Part shown: positions 40,930-53,047 of the stretch, one piece after another
How positions within the stretch are numbered: the stretch's first letter is position 1
Layout of the letters: each line of letters begins with the position of its first letter
NCBI RefSeq assembly: GCF_964355755.1
Contig: NC_092670.1
Span: 5,198,201 to 5,262,200 of the forward strand
Reading direction: 5' to 3'
DNA: 64,000 bases
Source of the DNA: Antedon mediterranea
Taxonomy: Eukaryota; Animalia; Echinodermata
Program-made: the position numbers and the translations under genes
Notes under the pieces: generated by a model
What the model was told of the DNA's origin: nothing
Databases searched by the model: none
What the model saw: the letters and a program-made list of their open reading frames with translations, nothing else

Positions 40930-42871
40930 GAATAAAAATGAAATGGTTATATTATTAGTATCAAAGAATAATAATAATTTGATTAATCTGTTAAGATGAA
41001 ATGAATAAATAGTGGTTAATGCCACAAAAGAGAAAAAAAAAATCTGTGTTTGGATTTATTATTATATTCATTTACATGTAACTCGACCTCCTCAACCGAA
41101 ATTGACCGATAAAATAGCCATTCAAACTGAGGCAAGTTTAAATTCTCAAACATTTTTTAGATTAAAAATATTGCCATATTTCTGGATGGCATATGTTTTT
41201 TAAGATGATTATAAATTTATAATGTCAACATTATGTTTGATGATTGAATTTAAAAGGTCTGATGTCTCTAAAGACATCCAACCGTCAGGTCCCTTTACAT
41301 AATGAGATTAAAATCTGGTTAATTTGAACTAGGGACATTAAACTGTCTGGTCCCTTCAAATAATGAGATAAAAATCAGATTTTTTTTATGATTAATTAAT
41401 TTGACAGATGTTGTAAGCGGCAACAAGTATCCTGGCTTTATTAATAATTCATAAAACTAAATTCAAAAATAAAGTAATAATTAATAAGAAAAAATAAAAT
41501 AGAAAAGCAAGCATTAGCAAGCAATAAAAAGAAAATAAATTGTATTGTATTATACTCATTATTAGAGAACTGACCTAAGCTCAGAACTAGAAAAGAACAG
41601 TTTTTCATTTTCTCGATGTCTAACAAATTATTTAATGTATATAAGGTCTACCTAAAAGATCACTGTAAGGTAGTTTCAACATCAACAAAATTTTTGTTGT
41701 TTTTAGCCATTATTTGAAGGAAATTTAATCCAATTTTGTATATATTAATTTTTCTAATGTAGCAGAAAATGGCAAGAATATACATCATAAAAATTGATCA
41801 TTTTCATTTATAAAAATTGTTTATATTCAATGAGGAAGAAATTTATTGGACAGGTGGTCAGTCTTTATTTTATTGAATGAATATCTCTCAAACGATTACA
41901 AACCCATATTTCAAAGGTTAGGTAACTGATGGTGCCCGGATTTTTATACTAGATCAGTAATAGATGCACACTTTAGTTGAATATCAACCAGCCTACCGCT
42001 TTTACAAAAAGCTGCGAAATAGTACTTTCAACCACCAATTCTGGTCACACAATATCATGTCTACTATATGTCTATCTATGAAAAAAAGTTAATAAATGCA
42101 GAACATAACTCCAATCATTGAAATAGGAGAACATAATTGCCTGACTAGAGAGAGGAAATGAATGAGTTCACATACACAAGCAAACTATGAATTGATTTTA
42201 ATGTAATAATCAATGATTTTGATGTCAATGAACAACCATGACAGTCATCAAATATTTTTATACGAGATAGAAACATACTTTCTGTGTACACATTTGAGGT
42301 TATCAAAAAACTGTACTAATCCTTTGAGGTATAAGTTTGAATGTGGCACTATGTTGTGTGGCACCATGTCCAGTGCCACTATGTTGAGTGGCACTATGTT
42401 CTATGTATTTTGCGGGTAGGGGGTGGGGGGTGTGAGATAGACAATGAGTAATACAATTAGGATTGCTGAGCTACTGTAATTTGCATATTGCTTGATACTA
42501 GCTATTATAAGCATATTCTTCTCCCTGCCATTGTGTTTCACAATCAAGATATATTTCTTAAACGCTGTTGGCTATTCCATGCTGTATCTTGTAAACATGA
42601 CATATCCTTGATACTTCAATTTATTTTAATTAACATTCATAAATTTTGATTTAAGTAACGTTGTCATTTGTAAGTGAAATACAAAAAAGTAAAAATTCAA
42701 ATTCATCTAGTAATTGTCGATGACCTTGATACAGTAAGACATAAAAGGTTCAAAATGATTTTAAAAAAGCACTTTGCATTGGCAATAATCTACTGTATTA
42801 ATACTAATCCACTGTTTATATACTGTATTACAGTTGAATACAGTAGTACAATTATGATTTTAAAATGGTAT

Positions 42872-43108
42872 AAGGTAAGGTGAGTCCCGTGTTCATTCTG
42901 AACGTAGGGGAATGAGCTGTTAGGAGCCCATTGTACTAAGCCTCGGCATTATGTGGTGGGGTGGCCAGTTCCTTTCCACGCCGCCTTTTTTCTCCCTAGT
43001 ATTTTCAACTAGGTACTCATTTAGAGCTGAGTGGACTGGGAGTTGTCAGGAATTGAACCCGGGTCTATCTGTATGATAGTCAAGTGCCCTAACCACTCGG
43101 CTATCCAA
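42872..43108 (-). mobile_element. Full-length tRNA-derived SINE (family B)
   Basis: Reverse complement of 6968-7210, with intact A and B boxes. Confidence 0.88.
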
Positions 43109-43229
43109 ATAAAAGTGTATATTTAGGGCAGTATGCTACATTCAGTGCTGCTGTGTTTTGCATCATATTGTGGTATTATGTTCTTCGTTTTACAGTATGC
43201 CATGTTCAGATGCAAATTCTGCAGCATTA

Positions 43230-43740
43230 CAGTATGTTCGCAGTGCCACTATGTCCAGTGCCACTATGTTCACAGTGCCACTATGTTCACAGTGCCACTA
43301 TGTTCAGTGCCACTATGTTCACAGTGCCACTATGTTTGTTCACAGTGCCACTATGTTTGTTCACAGTGCCACTATGTTCAGTGTCACTATGTCCAGTGCC
43401 ACTATGTTCAGTGCTACTATGTTCAGTGCCACAATGTTCGCAGTGCCACTATGTTCACAGTGACACTATGTTCACAGTGCCACTATGTTCAGTGCCACCA
43501 TGTTCAGTGCCACTATGTTCAGTGCCACTGTGTTCAGTGCCACCATGTTCGCAGTGCCACCATGTTCGCAGTCCTACTATGTTCAGTGCCACTATGTTCA
43601 GTTCAGTGCCACTATGTTCAGTGCCACTATGTTCAGTGCCACTATGTCCAGTGCCACTATGTCCAGTGCCACTATGTTCAGTGCCACTATGTTCAGTGCC
43701 ACTATGTTCAGTGCCACTATGTTCAGTGCCACTATGTTCA
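43230..43740. repeat. Minisatellite, 15-17 bp unit CAGTGCCACTATGTT
   Basis: Direct tandem repeats; a short related cluster lies at 42341-42400. Confidence 0.97.
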
Positions 43741-44519
43741 GGCATTTTCCAATCTATTGTACATTCTAATTGGGAAAAACAACTACATTTTGTAAATAGC
43801 AAAATTCCAAAAAATGAATGAAAGGATGGAGAACTGGAAAAAGCACTTCTACCAAAATGTCTACAATATACAGTACATTTGGAAGAAACAAAATACTGCA
43901 CTATTTATACCATGGTAAAAAAAAGTCACATTCAAAAACTAATTACAACTTCATATGGCAATATATTGGACAAAAACAAAGTGACTGAAATAGCCACATG
44001 CATGGACGATAGATATGTCTAGATAGTCATCAATAGACTTTCAGCACAAAATGCTATCACATCAAACAGATTTATCCGAAGTTAACCGAAAACACCTGTC
44101 CAAATATTATATTATACAAATTAATGTATTAAACAAATATTATCAATGTAAATATCAAAGATCTACTGACATAAATCTTACTAAAAAAAGCTTTGATTTA
44201 TGCGGAAATTTACCTGGAAATTGGCAAAATTGTAACAAATGTAACCAACGTCAAAATTGATTATTAAGCTAACAAATAAACAAAGAAATTGTCGAGTGTC
44301 TATTTATGAAAGGCAGATCTAGATAAAAGAAACTTGGAAGCATTTGTTGTGACGTCAATTCTACTGGGACCATGCATAAACCTACATTCTAGCATCGTTC
44401 TACCATTAACTATAATCACATCAGAATATATGCACAAAATCAGATCCACTCAACAAATGGTTTGAAGTAGAATGAAGGAGAAACAGTAGAGAGCCAAAAC
44501 AATAAGGATATCCTGGATT

Positions 44520-44793
44520 TATATAGCTCCTAATGTTGTGAAACCTCTAAGCGCTGAACATTATTACCCCATTCATTTTTTTTGATCAAACACGTATGAA
44601 AACATACTCCCATAATGCAGCTAGTAATCAGCGCAAAGTTGTGTCTTGATCTAACCAGGTACCCATTTATAAATCTAGGTGGAGGCAGGAAAATGTATGT
44701 AAGTCTCTTTCCTACGGATACAGTACAAGCAATGCGGCGAGAGTTGGAATCAAACCTCCGTCTCACGATCAGTAGTCCAACACACTGCGCCAC
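44520..44793 (-). mobile_element. tRNA-derived SINE (family C)
   Basis: Colinear match to 17960-18237; A-box-like TGGCGCAGTG. Confidence 0.8.
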
Positions 44794-44798
44794 ATTAG

Positions 44799-45065
44799 TA
44801 TGAGTAAAATCAAGTAGAACGTACTGTAGTAGGAGAAAAAGTAGAGAGCCAAAAGGTTGTGGTAGTGTACAGTAAGCACTGATATGAGTAAAATCAAGTA
44901 GAACGTACTGTAGTAGGAGAAACAGTAGAGAGCCAAAAGGTTGTGGTAGTTTACAGTAAGCACTGATATGAGTAAAATCAAGTAGAACGTACTGTAGTAG
45001 GAGAAACAGTAGAAAGCCAAAAGGTTGTGGTAGTTTACAGTAAGCACCGATATGAGTAAAATCAA
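44799..45065. repeat. 84-bp tandem repeat x3
   Basis: TGAGTAAAATCAA recurs at 44801, 44885, 44969 and 45053. Confidence 0.95.
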
Positions 45066-45725
45066 AATAAACAAAAACATACACAAGAGACATTTTCACC
45101 ATAGCCTGGCAAAATGTAACATAATGTCCATCTACTATTAGTTGTACACATTTATAAAGTGGTATAAAATGAAAAAGCGATAAAACCAAGACTGTCACTA
45201 AAACTTTTCAAATAAAAATTTCACTGACATTTTGACTCACACATTAATTTTAAGATATGTGCACAACTGTTTATACAACTGTTCAGTTGTTTATGCTTTC
45301 TTTGGAAAAAAAATTAATACAAACTGGATCTGTGTAAAATGAAGAAAGCAGCATATTCATTTAATTAATTACATTTAAGCTAAAGTTGACATACACTCAC
45401 TGATCATGTTGCCATAGACAGTAAAAAATTACTGTATTTAGGGGCACTATATTGAATATAAAAAGAGGAATGTTTCAACCAGTGCTGATTTCAATCAAAC
45501 TTAATCAAATTGTTGGAGTGTTAAATGCTTAGGATCAATGGTCACACTATTCATCCAAATGGGTTCATGTTCTGTTCTTGATGGACCTAGGCAAGTTTTG
45601 AACAGTAGATGGCCTCAATTGATGGAGCTGTTTTATTAATAGTGAGTGCACTAGAAAAAACTAAAACTCTAAGATAATTTATCAGAAAATGTTTTAAAAT
45701 CATGAAACTTTTCTTTTGTACTCAC

Positions 45726-45925
45726 CTTAAATGAATGTTTTGCAGGCCAGCATCTGTTAAGTCGTCATTAGCTCGTTGATGAATATCACGTTGAGTGTCG
45801 ATTTTATGATCATCGGAAAGTCCGTCCACTTTGTGTATGAACACTTCAAACTTGATGTTTGGATTCACTTTGTACGCTCTCGACACAGTCATGTGAAGTC
45901 TAGCCAGAGCATCCATGTAGTCATC
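45726..45925 (-). CDS. RRAGC: RagC/D exon 5 (G4 HKVD)
   Basis: [66 protein letters not shown](S); AG|GTGAG donor; 200 nt. Confidence 0.97.
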
Positions 45926-47372
45926 CTATAAAGATTAAATAAGAAATATTAATAAGAAAAATGATACAATGTATAGTACTATACAATACAGATCAAATGA
46001 TTTTTAATAAATTTTACAATTTACAGTAATCCAACTTAATTACTAACCGATTCTCAGTGTTGTATCTCCACATTTGACAATATTTGCGAAGTGTCATAGG
46101 GACATTTCTTAATACAGCTTCTTATGTTTATCACATGTGTTGCCTGTATCATGTAAGGTTAGGGTTCTAAGCAATAAAAGGTGAAATGCATGGTATTTTC
46201 CTATGATGATACTAGAAAAAGATACAGTACTGAAAATCAGCTACTTACTTTTTATTTGTTTTTATCAATAATTTAGGATTCTCATGCATACTATAAAAAG
46301 ACATTTTTTTAGCTCTTACATTAATATAATGTGTTGCTTAGCGACCATTTATCTTCTGTTCTGAACCCAACACTTTTTCTATCCTTTCTCATAACACATC
46401 AATAGTAGTATCTTTATTCATGTTGTCAGGCAGGACAAATTTAAATTCTTAACCTCTAGGCAGGCTTTAAATCCTGACGATGTGATGATGTATAATTGAG
46501 CCTCCAATTGTTTATTCTATGTTTATACTTGGGGATTTTTTTTCGAATTTTCTTTGAAAAACATAATAAGATTTAAACAAACTAAGCAATAACATCTTTG
46601 AATAAATCAAAGGTTCCATAAAAGTCAGATCACACTATTATGCAAAGTCGTTTCGATTTTAATATACAGTAAATTACATAGCTTTCTTAAAATAACTCCT
46701 GTCCTGTAACACAGGCATGACAAAATTGTTTAACACATTACATTGAACAAACTACTATGTTTAAAATTATAGTAAGACGATATTTTAATCGACAATTATA
46801 TTTTTAATTCTTGAAATTGAAATTGGAGTTACAAAACAGACAGAGGTTTTTATAGGTGTTTTTTATGCATAAAAAGTCATCTTTTCCAAAATTTCATGTT
46901 TGTTTTTAATACATTTTAAATTCATATATTGTGGCAAAGTTTCTTTTTTATTCTTATTTTTATTAATGTAGACCAACATTAAATTTTGCTTCAAGATATA
47001 TTGTCTCCTTTTGATTGAATATGTCATTTTAATGTCACATGATAGTTATTCACACAAAAATTTGATGATAAAAAATATTTACCTAGTAAATTGTAACCTA
47101 AGGCAAAAAATAATCAAATTGTCTTTCACTGTCTCAGACAATGGAGTTTGGTTTTTTTTCAAAATAATTTTATGGAAGTTTATTCAAACTGCAAAGTGGC
47201 CTATTTATAGTCTGATATTAAAATCTTCATTTTTTGTTTTTGAAAGACAATACATTTTTAAAAATTGCAATAATAATAATAATGTGTGCTCAGTATTTTT
47301 AATTTGTTACAGCAAGAATTAATAATTTACCATGAAAGTTTACAATGGACATAAATTATCTGTCTACAGTAC

Positions 47373-47506
47373 CTGTGCATCTATGACAAACACTAGGGCA
47401 CCGCAACCACCAAAAATTGTCTCTGAATCAAATGTTGGGTCGAAGAAATCAATTTGTCCTGGAAAATCCCAGATCTCAAACTGCACAAATGAACTGTTAC
47501 TGATAT
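47373..47506 (-). CDS. RRAGC: RagC/D exon 4 (G3 WDFPGQ)
   Basis: (D)[44 protein letters not shown]; poly-T/AG acceptor and CAG|GT donor; 134 nt. Confidence 0.97.
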
Positions 47507-49186
47507 CTATAAAAAAAAAATAAGATAATAAATTATTATTTATTATTAAAATAATTGTGCACATTTATGAACATGACCTGAATATATCTAAAAAATATAT
47601 ATATAATTAAAATTTACAAATAAAAGATTAAATGGGATAGGATTATAAAATGAGAAAAAAGGTTTATCATCACCATGGCCATAGAAATGGATACAGAATA
47701 TAATTAGGCAATTAATTGTTGACAAAACCAGTATAGTAGTAATCATCAAAAACTACAAAGGTCTAGTATCCTGTATGGAAGGCAACCATTGCCAAAATAG
47801 ACAAGGAAATCAATGGAGAATGTAATTTAACTGTAGGTTTAACAGGAAAAAATTATCATTTATTATCAAGTTAAATATGGCTTTCAACAATAGTCTCTCA
47901 AAGAATACATGATATACACTAGAACCATTTAATAGAACCATTAACTTTCACTGTGTGCAGTTGAACGACCAATGATACAAAATCAACCAATCAAATAGTA
48001 ACGATCATGTATGACATTTATTTATCTCTATAGCAGGATAGTAGACCTTGTTGTCTCATGTTGCAATAAAAATTCTATAATACAGAACTGAATTCAATAA
48101 ACTGGAACCTCCAGGCCCAACGGGAATCTGTTTTGCATTTTAATGGAATTTTAACTTACATTTAATCATTCAATAAAAACATATTTACAAGTTTCAAACT
48201 TTTAAGTAAGTAGTGACACACATTGCATGTGTTAAATACAAATTAGGACTGCAAGTAATTACCAAATATAAGAATAGCTTCTCATCAATTGAAGTATTTC
48301 ATTTTGAATTATCTCAAAACTTGCGCTCCAATAATAAAATAATAAATGATTACCAGTATTTCATTTTTTTTTACAACCTAATTCTTCCCGAGAGATGTTG
48401 AGCAATAAAATCTGATGGAATTATGCAAATACAATTTAGAATTCAAATTATTATTATTTTTTGTTGACACACTGATATAGGTTATGTCAAATTAAAATGG
48501 TAAATTATTATTAAAATGAAATAAATCATTATTCTAATGCATACAATAACTCATTTAAAAAAAAAAAAATCATTACTGTAGGTACTTTAAGCTAAGCCAC
48601 TCAACAAAAATAACTTCAAGAAAAGAACTGGAATACACCATTTGATAACAGGGTTTTGTCTACGGCACAGTTAGAAATAACATTTAATACCCCAATATGA
48701 TGGTTGCCATTTCATTTTTAGTATTTAGTAAATAATATAATACAGAGATTTTTACCACAGTAGGAATTATACAGGAAAGTGAAATTTTCTGTCTGTTCAC
48801 ACAACACAGGTGTTTGGAACATGCTATTAGATAATTAAGATTTTATCTAGATTAAGGTACAATACCCTAAAATACGATGGTTGGGTCTAATGTTGAAGTT
48901 TCATTATTTGTATAAAATAAGATAGAAATTCAGTTTTTGCTTTGTTCTAATTAAAAAGTGTGGGATATAATTCTTGTTGTGCAACATTATTTCCACATCC
49001 CCCGCTCGCAAAAGGCCGCCAGAGTATAATATAATGGAGAGTTACTGAAAATGTTAGCATAGTAAAGAGTTACACTTGCAGGACAGCATACAGTAGTTGT
49101 TAGGTGTTTGGAATATGCCATTTGATTATAGGGTATTTTCTATTCTAACATGTAAGTTAGAAACGGCAAAGCTTTTCGATATTAAT

Positions 49187-49692
49187 AGGGAGGTTTCGCA
49201 ACCTTACGAATACGATAACGAAAACGGATACGTCATACATTTGTGAAACTTTTGAGCTGATCCCCATTTCATATTCGTAAAGCGTATTCGTGTTGACGAA
49301 TATCACCAGTCATATTCGTAACTACAAAACGAGTATAGTTTTTGATCTATTTGCACATTTTGCATTTGAATCAGGAATGATTCATGATTATAATATAATT
49401 ATAGATTTATTGAAATTAATTTACTAAAGTAATTTACTGAAATGCCAAGTCAATTTTGATAATAGCAGTTTTTAAAGTCCTCACTCGCTTTGAATTTGAT
49501 GTTACGCTAGGCCTAGGCAGCTAGGCACCAAGCAATACGTACCTGCGCTTCGCTCAAATTTACCGCAGTCATATTTTGGACGCGCCTCAATATTTCGTTG
49601 CCATGCGAAACAGATTTTTACTGGCTTACGAAAAACGAATACGTGTGCGTGACGTATCCGTTTTCGTATTCGTAAGATTGCGAAACCTCTCT
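49187..49692. mobile_element. MITE with ~50-bp TIRs
   Basis: AGGGAGGTTTCGCAACCTTACGAATACG...AAAACGGATACGTCA / TGACGTATCCGTTTTCGTATTCGTAAGATTGCGAAACCTCTCT. Confidence 0.85.
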
Positions 49693-50017
49693 ACTACCAT
49701 AGTTGGGTCCAATTTTAGAGTTGATTATTTTTGTATTCACGGTAAACTGTATAATGCAGAGAATCTGAACATTTTTAGTGAGAGGTAAACTCACTGTAAA
49801 AATTCAGTGCAACATATGTGTTTTTTAAATGAATATAAATGCAAATAAAAGACTGTACTGTAGGTGGCAGCAAAGAGAAATTATCAAATGGCCATAAACA
49901 ATTAATTTTGATTTCACAAGTTTTTATAATGACAATAATCATATTTTTATAATAACCACATGTGTAGAGGGGTCTAGCAGGTAGATAAATTAACACTGCA
50001 GTGTACATACAACTGAA

Positions 50018-50260
50018 TGGCCAGGTGGTTAAGGCAGGGACACTGCGACCATAACCATGCAAGCAACCACAGCCCAAAATCAGCACGAGTTCAAGACTTT
50101 TCTTGGACTAAGTATAGTTCTAAAGGTAGAAGTTTTCTCAGATAAGGACTTAAGGGCTTGCAAATAGGTCCACTGTACATATCTCATTCATATGCATCTT
50201 TTAGAAAAGTAGTGGGTTACCCCTGTCAGCTGGTCCACATCTCCTGTCATTGTGAAATAA
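50018..50260 (+). mobile_element. tRNA-derived SINE with Deu/Nin-like central domain
   Basis: A-box-like TGGCCAGGTGG, B-box-like GAGTTCAAGAC, then GATAAGGAC...TAGGTCC...AGTAGTGGGTTACCCC. Confidence 0.55.
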
Positions 50261-50700
50261 CTGTCTTTTGGTGGAATTTCCTAATTTAAGTTTTTGTGTG
50301 CGATTGTAATAATTGCATACAAATCTATTATGACGAGCTTTGATAAGCTTGGGAAACGGCTAAATTAAGTATATTATTATACTAAATATGTTAATGTAGG
50401 GGAAAAACCATGTCTTGTAGACTAACTAGACTAAGCTGAATGCAGGCATCAACTTTCTTCTCCCCTAAAGGCCAATTTACATCAAATAGTGAAGTTAAGT
50501 TGAAAATCATGTAGCTTGTCCCACATAGAATCTGTATCTATCCTGAGCAGAAACAGCCAGTCCACTACTTGTTTTGTGTAAATGGTCATAAGAAATAACA
50601 TATTCAATATTTTTATTACTGTTACCACTCCAGGAATGACATGAGATTGTTAAAGCATGAGTTAGTTTGTTGCCTAGGCCAAAAAAAAAACCTTTTTTAC

Positions 50701-50795
50701 CATCTTTCACTATTTTGTTTGTGCTCTCCAGGAAAAGTGTTTCATTTGGAGACATCTTGTGAAACACCACTTTCTGTATCGAGGATTTTCCACTC
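50701..50795 (-). CDS. RRAGC: RagC/D exon 3 (P-loop end, switch I)
   Basis: tgtag acceptor; (R)[31 protein letters not shown]; G|GTAAAA donor; 95 nt. Confidence 0.97.
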
Positions 50796-51279
50796 CTACA
50801 CAGAGAAAAAATAAAGTTGGTGATATTATTTAAAGCATTTAAATATATTTTATATCATATTCAATATTAATCCTTTTTATTTTTTAGTGACGGGCTTAAG
50901 ATTAATTTAAGTTTCTTTCCTTTCTCTTTTTACATCAAATAGCAAAACTCTGGAGGTTAAACACAGCAGGGCCTTAAACAGTAGGTGTGCATCCTGATGT
51001 GTGTAAACTCTAGGGCTCTGCTATAGGAAATGTGAAAGATGTATTGACTCAAAATTATTTGATTGAATTAAATATTAATATAATTCAGATACATTGAGGC
51101 CAAAAAGGACCACTATCATGTGGTTAGTTATAATATAAAATTACAGAATTAAGGAAACATGCATGAAAAAACATTGATACAAAAAGAAACAAAATACTGT
51201 AGTCAACTCTCTCCAAACAGTTTTATTTTGGGCAAGCCCAAAGAGTAGACACTGTATGCTGTGTCTTTATTATTACTAC

Positions 51280-51431
51280 CTTCGTAAACCCATCAGGAGT
51301 ATCCTTGGCTTTGAGTCTGGAGTTGAGTGCCCTGCATCTCCATCCGCTTCATCTGGAGGTCCGTAAGCAAAGTCTTTGGGAAACGAGGTGCTGTAGCTAC
51401 CTGCCATAAAGGTTACTTCGTCTTCTTCCGA
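51280..51431 (-). CDS. RRAGC: RagC/D exon 2
   Basis: TTTTTGCAG acceptor; SEEDEVTFMAGSYSTSFPKDFAYG...SKPRILLMGLR(R); AG|GTAGTA donor; 152 nt, ends phase 2. Confidence 0.95.
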
Positions 51432-52189
51432 CTGCAAAAAAGTAATGATAAATTTACTGATAATGGCAGTTATACTGTTCAGTGTGTGTGTGTGTGTGAC
51501 AGTGCGGAATGTCTTCATTATTGTAGAAAAAAGTGAGGGATCAGATGTCTTTGCAGTCAGTTTCATTTTTATGCCATAACATGTCATAATAATGAAAAAC
51601 ATGATTCAACAATCACCTGTGTTTGGTTAATTCTGTATCACATGACGTTCAGTAAACGAAAAATTGATTTCTAATAATAGTAATGAATGGTACTGATGAA
51701 CGTTCAGCAATTGATGGGGTGTAATTTAAGAAACAAATCAATATTTGATTATTTTTTTCCCATTTCTTTAGTCAAGAAAATGGAGGCAATTTAGTCATGC
51801 TAAAAGTGTTTCCAAAATATGAATAAGTTAAAGTAACTATACGGAAGATTAGTTCTGTTCTATGAACTGCAATTTCTGTACCGTAATTAATAAGTAGACA
51901 ATCAATATTAATAATAGTTTGTCAAATCATGAAAAACAACAACTAGGGCCGGCCCTAGTCTAGAGGCCTAGCTAGGACTCGGAGGCTACCTAACTGTATT
52001 ATCATATTTGAATCTGTACTGTACTCATTTTATTATTAACAATTATTTTGCGCCTTCTTGTCTTGTCCTCATTCATTCATTCATTCATCTTTTATTTCGG
52101 AAAAAAAAAAATTCTCCATAGTTCAGTAACAAATTAGTGTACATTATTGTAAATATAACAAATATATATATTATAGGCTATATATATGT

Positions 52190-52312
52190 TTTTTTCTGGC
52201 TGTTTACTTTATCGTTTTGATTTAGCTTTTCGCTTTTGTATCTCCATTGAGATCCAGCCACTGATACCCACAGCATTGTCATTTTTTCCAGTAATTTGCC
52301 TTTGGATTTATA
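52190..52312 (+). mobile_element. Penelope-like repeat, copy C (ribozyme part missing)
   Basis: TTTTCTGGCTGTTTACTTTATCG...GATCCAGCCACTGATACCCACAGCA...GTAATTTGCCTTTGGATT. Confidence 0.75.
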
Positions 52313-52795
52313 TATTATATGTAGATATATTTTTTAAGAAACCTAGGCCTATGCCACATAGTCACGTGGTTGGAATAATAGCTTCATCCAATCTACTGAA
52401 GGAAAAGCAAATTCATGAATACATTTTATGACAATATTGTCTGACCTCCCTAACCTGCACAACATGCCAAACACCACCTTACACATTATCTAGGTATGCC
52501 TATTCTGGGCTGCGCTAGCCAAACTCCTACTATACTAGCTAGGGTCTCACTGTGTAATGAGCTGAGTGAGGCGGGGCAGTCCAGCAGCAGTGACACACAC
52601 ACACAGTGTAGGTTTAGTTAGGAGGTGTACTCTAGAGGCCTAGAGTAGGCCTAGCTAGTCTAGCTGAGCTTCATCCTGTTTCAACACACAATTTTTCAAA
52701 AAACATTTTCCTTTTCGAACGAATCTTTAAATTTAAGTTAGTTAGTCTAGGAGAACTAGGCTTATCCAAAATAACAACCGAAATTACCGACTCAC

Positions 52796-52798
52796 CAT
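52796..52798 (-). CDS. RRAGC: RagC/D coding exon 1 (ATG only)
   Basis: Minus strand AAAACCAAG-ATG|GTGAGT: purine at -3 and a consensus donor. The phase-0 join to exon 2 gives MSEEDEVTFMAGSY...SFPKDFAYG, resembling the vertebrate RagC N-terminus (LAGSY...SFPKDFGYG). Confidence 0.75.
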
Positions 52799-52879
52799 CT
52801 TGGTTTTATTTTATCATGTGATAAAAATTTGTTTTGAGTGAGTCTAGTAGTCTTCTGCTCTTTTCTCTTTCGGGGCAGT

Positions 52880-52922
52880 CAGCTGACATTTTTGCCGGAA
52901 ACAGTATTTTATAAATACGTCA
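52880..52922 (-). promoter_or_regulatory. Putative core promoter of RagC/D
   Basis: Minus strand: TGACGT (CRE-like), TATAAAA (52913-52907), TTCCGG (ETS-like), then an Inr-like TCAG about 29 nt downstream of the TATA, ~90 nt upstream of the ATG. Confidence 0.5.
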
Positions 52923-53047
52923 ATTAAATACAAAATAGATTGCATATAGGCCTAGTTTTAATAAATATTTTTTAATTAATTTTATTTATTATTTGGATTT
53001 TTGTATACTTCTTTGCAAATTTTGATAAGTATTTACTAGACATATAA

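Noticed and set aside
43133-43901. Long Cys/His-rich ORFs (QCHYV, VPLCS, SATMF, HSGTE repeats)
   Set aside because: All frames are open only because the 15-bp minisatellite unit lacks stop codons; no protein family is supported.
44530-45198. 222-aa hydrophobic ORF
   Set aside because: Composed of the 84-bp tandem repeat read into a SINE.
51432-51602. N-terminal extension of RagC suggested by the ORF track
   Set aside because: It is intron-like (CA microsatellite, polypyrimidine tract plus CAG at 51432-51440), and a better ATG exon exists upstream.
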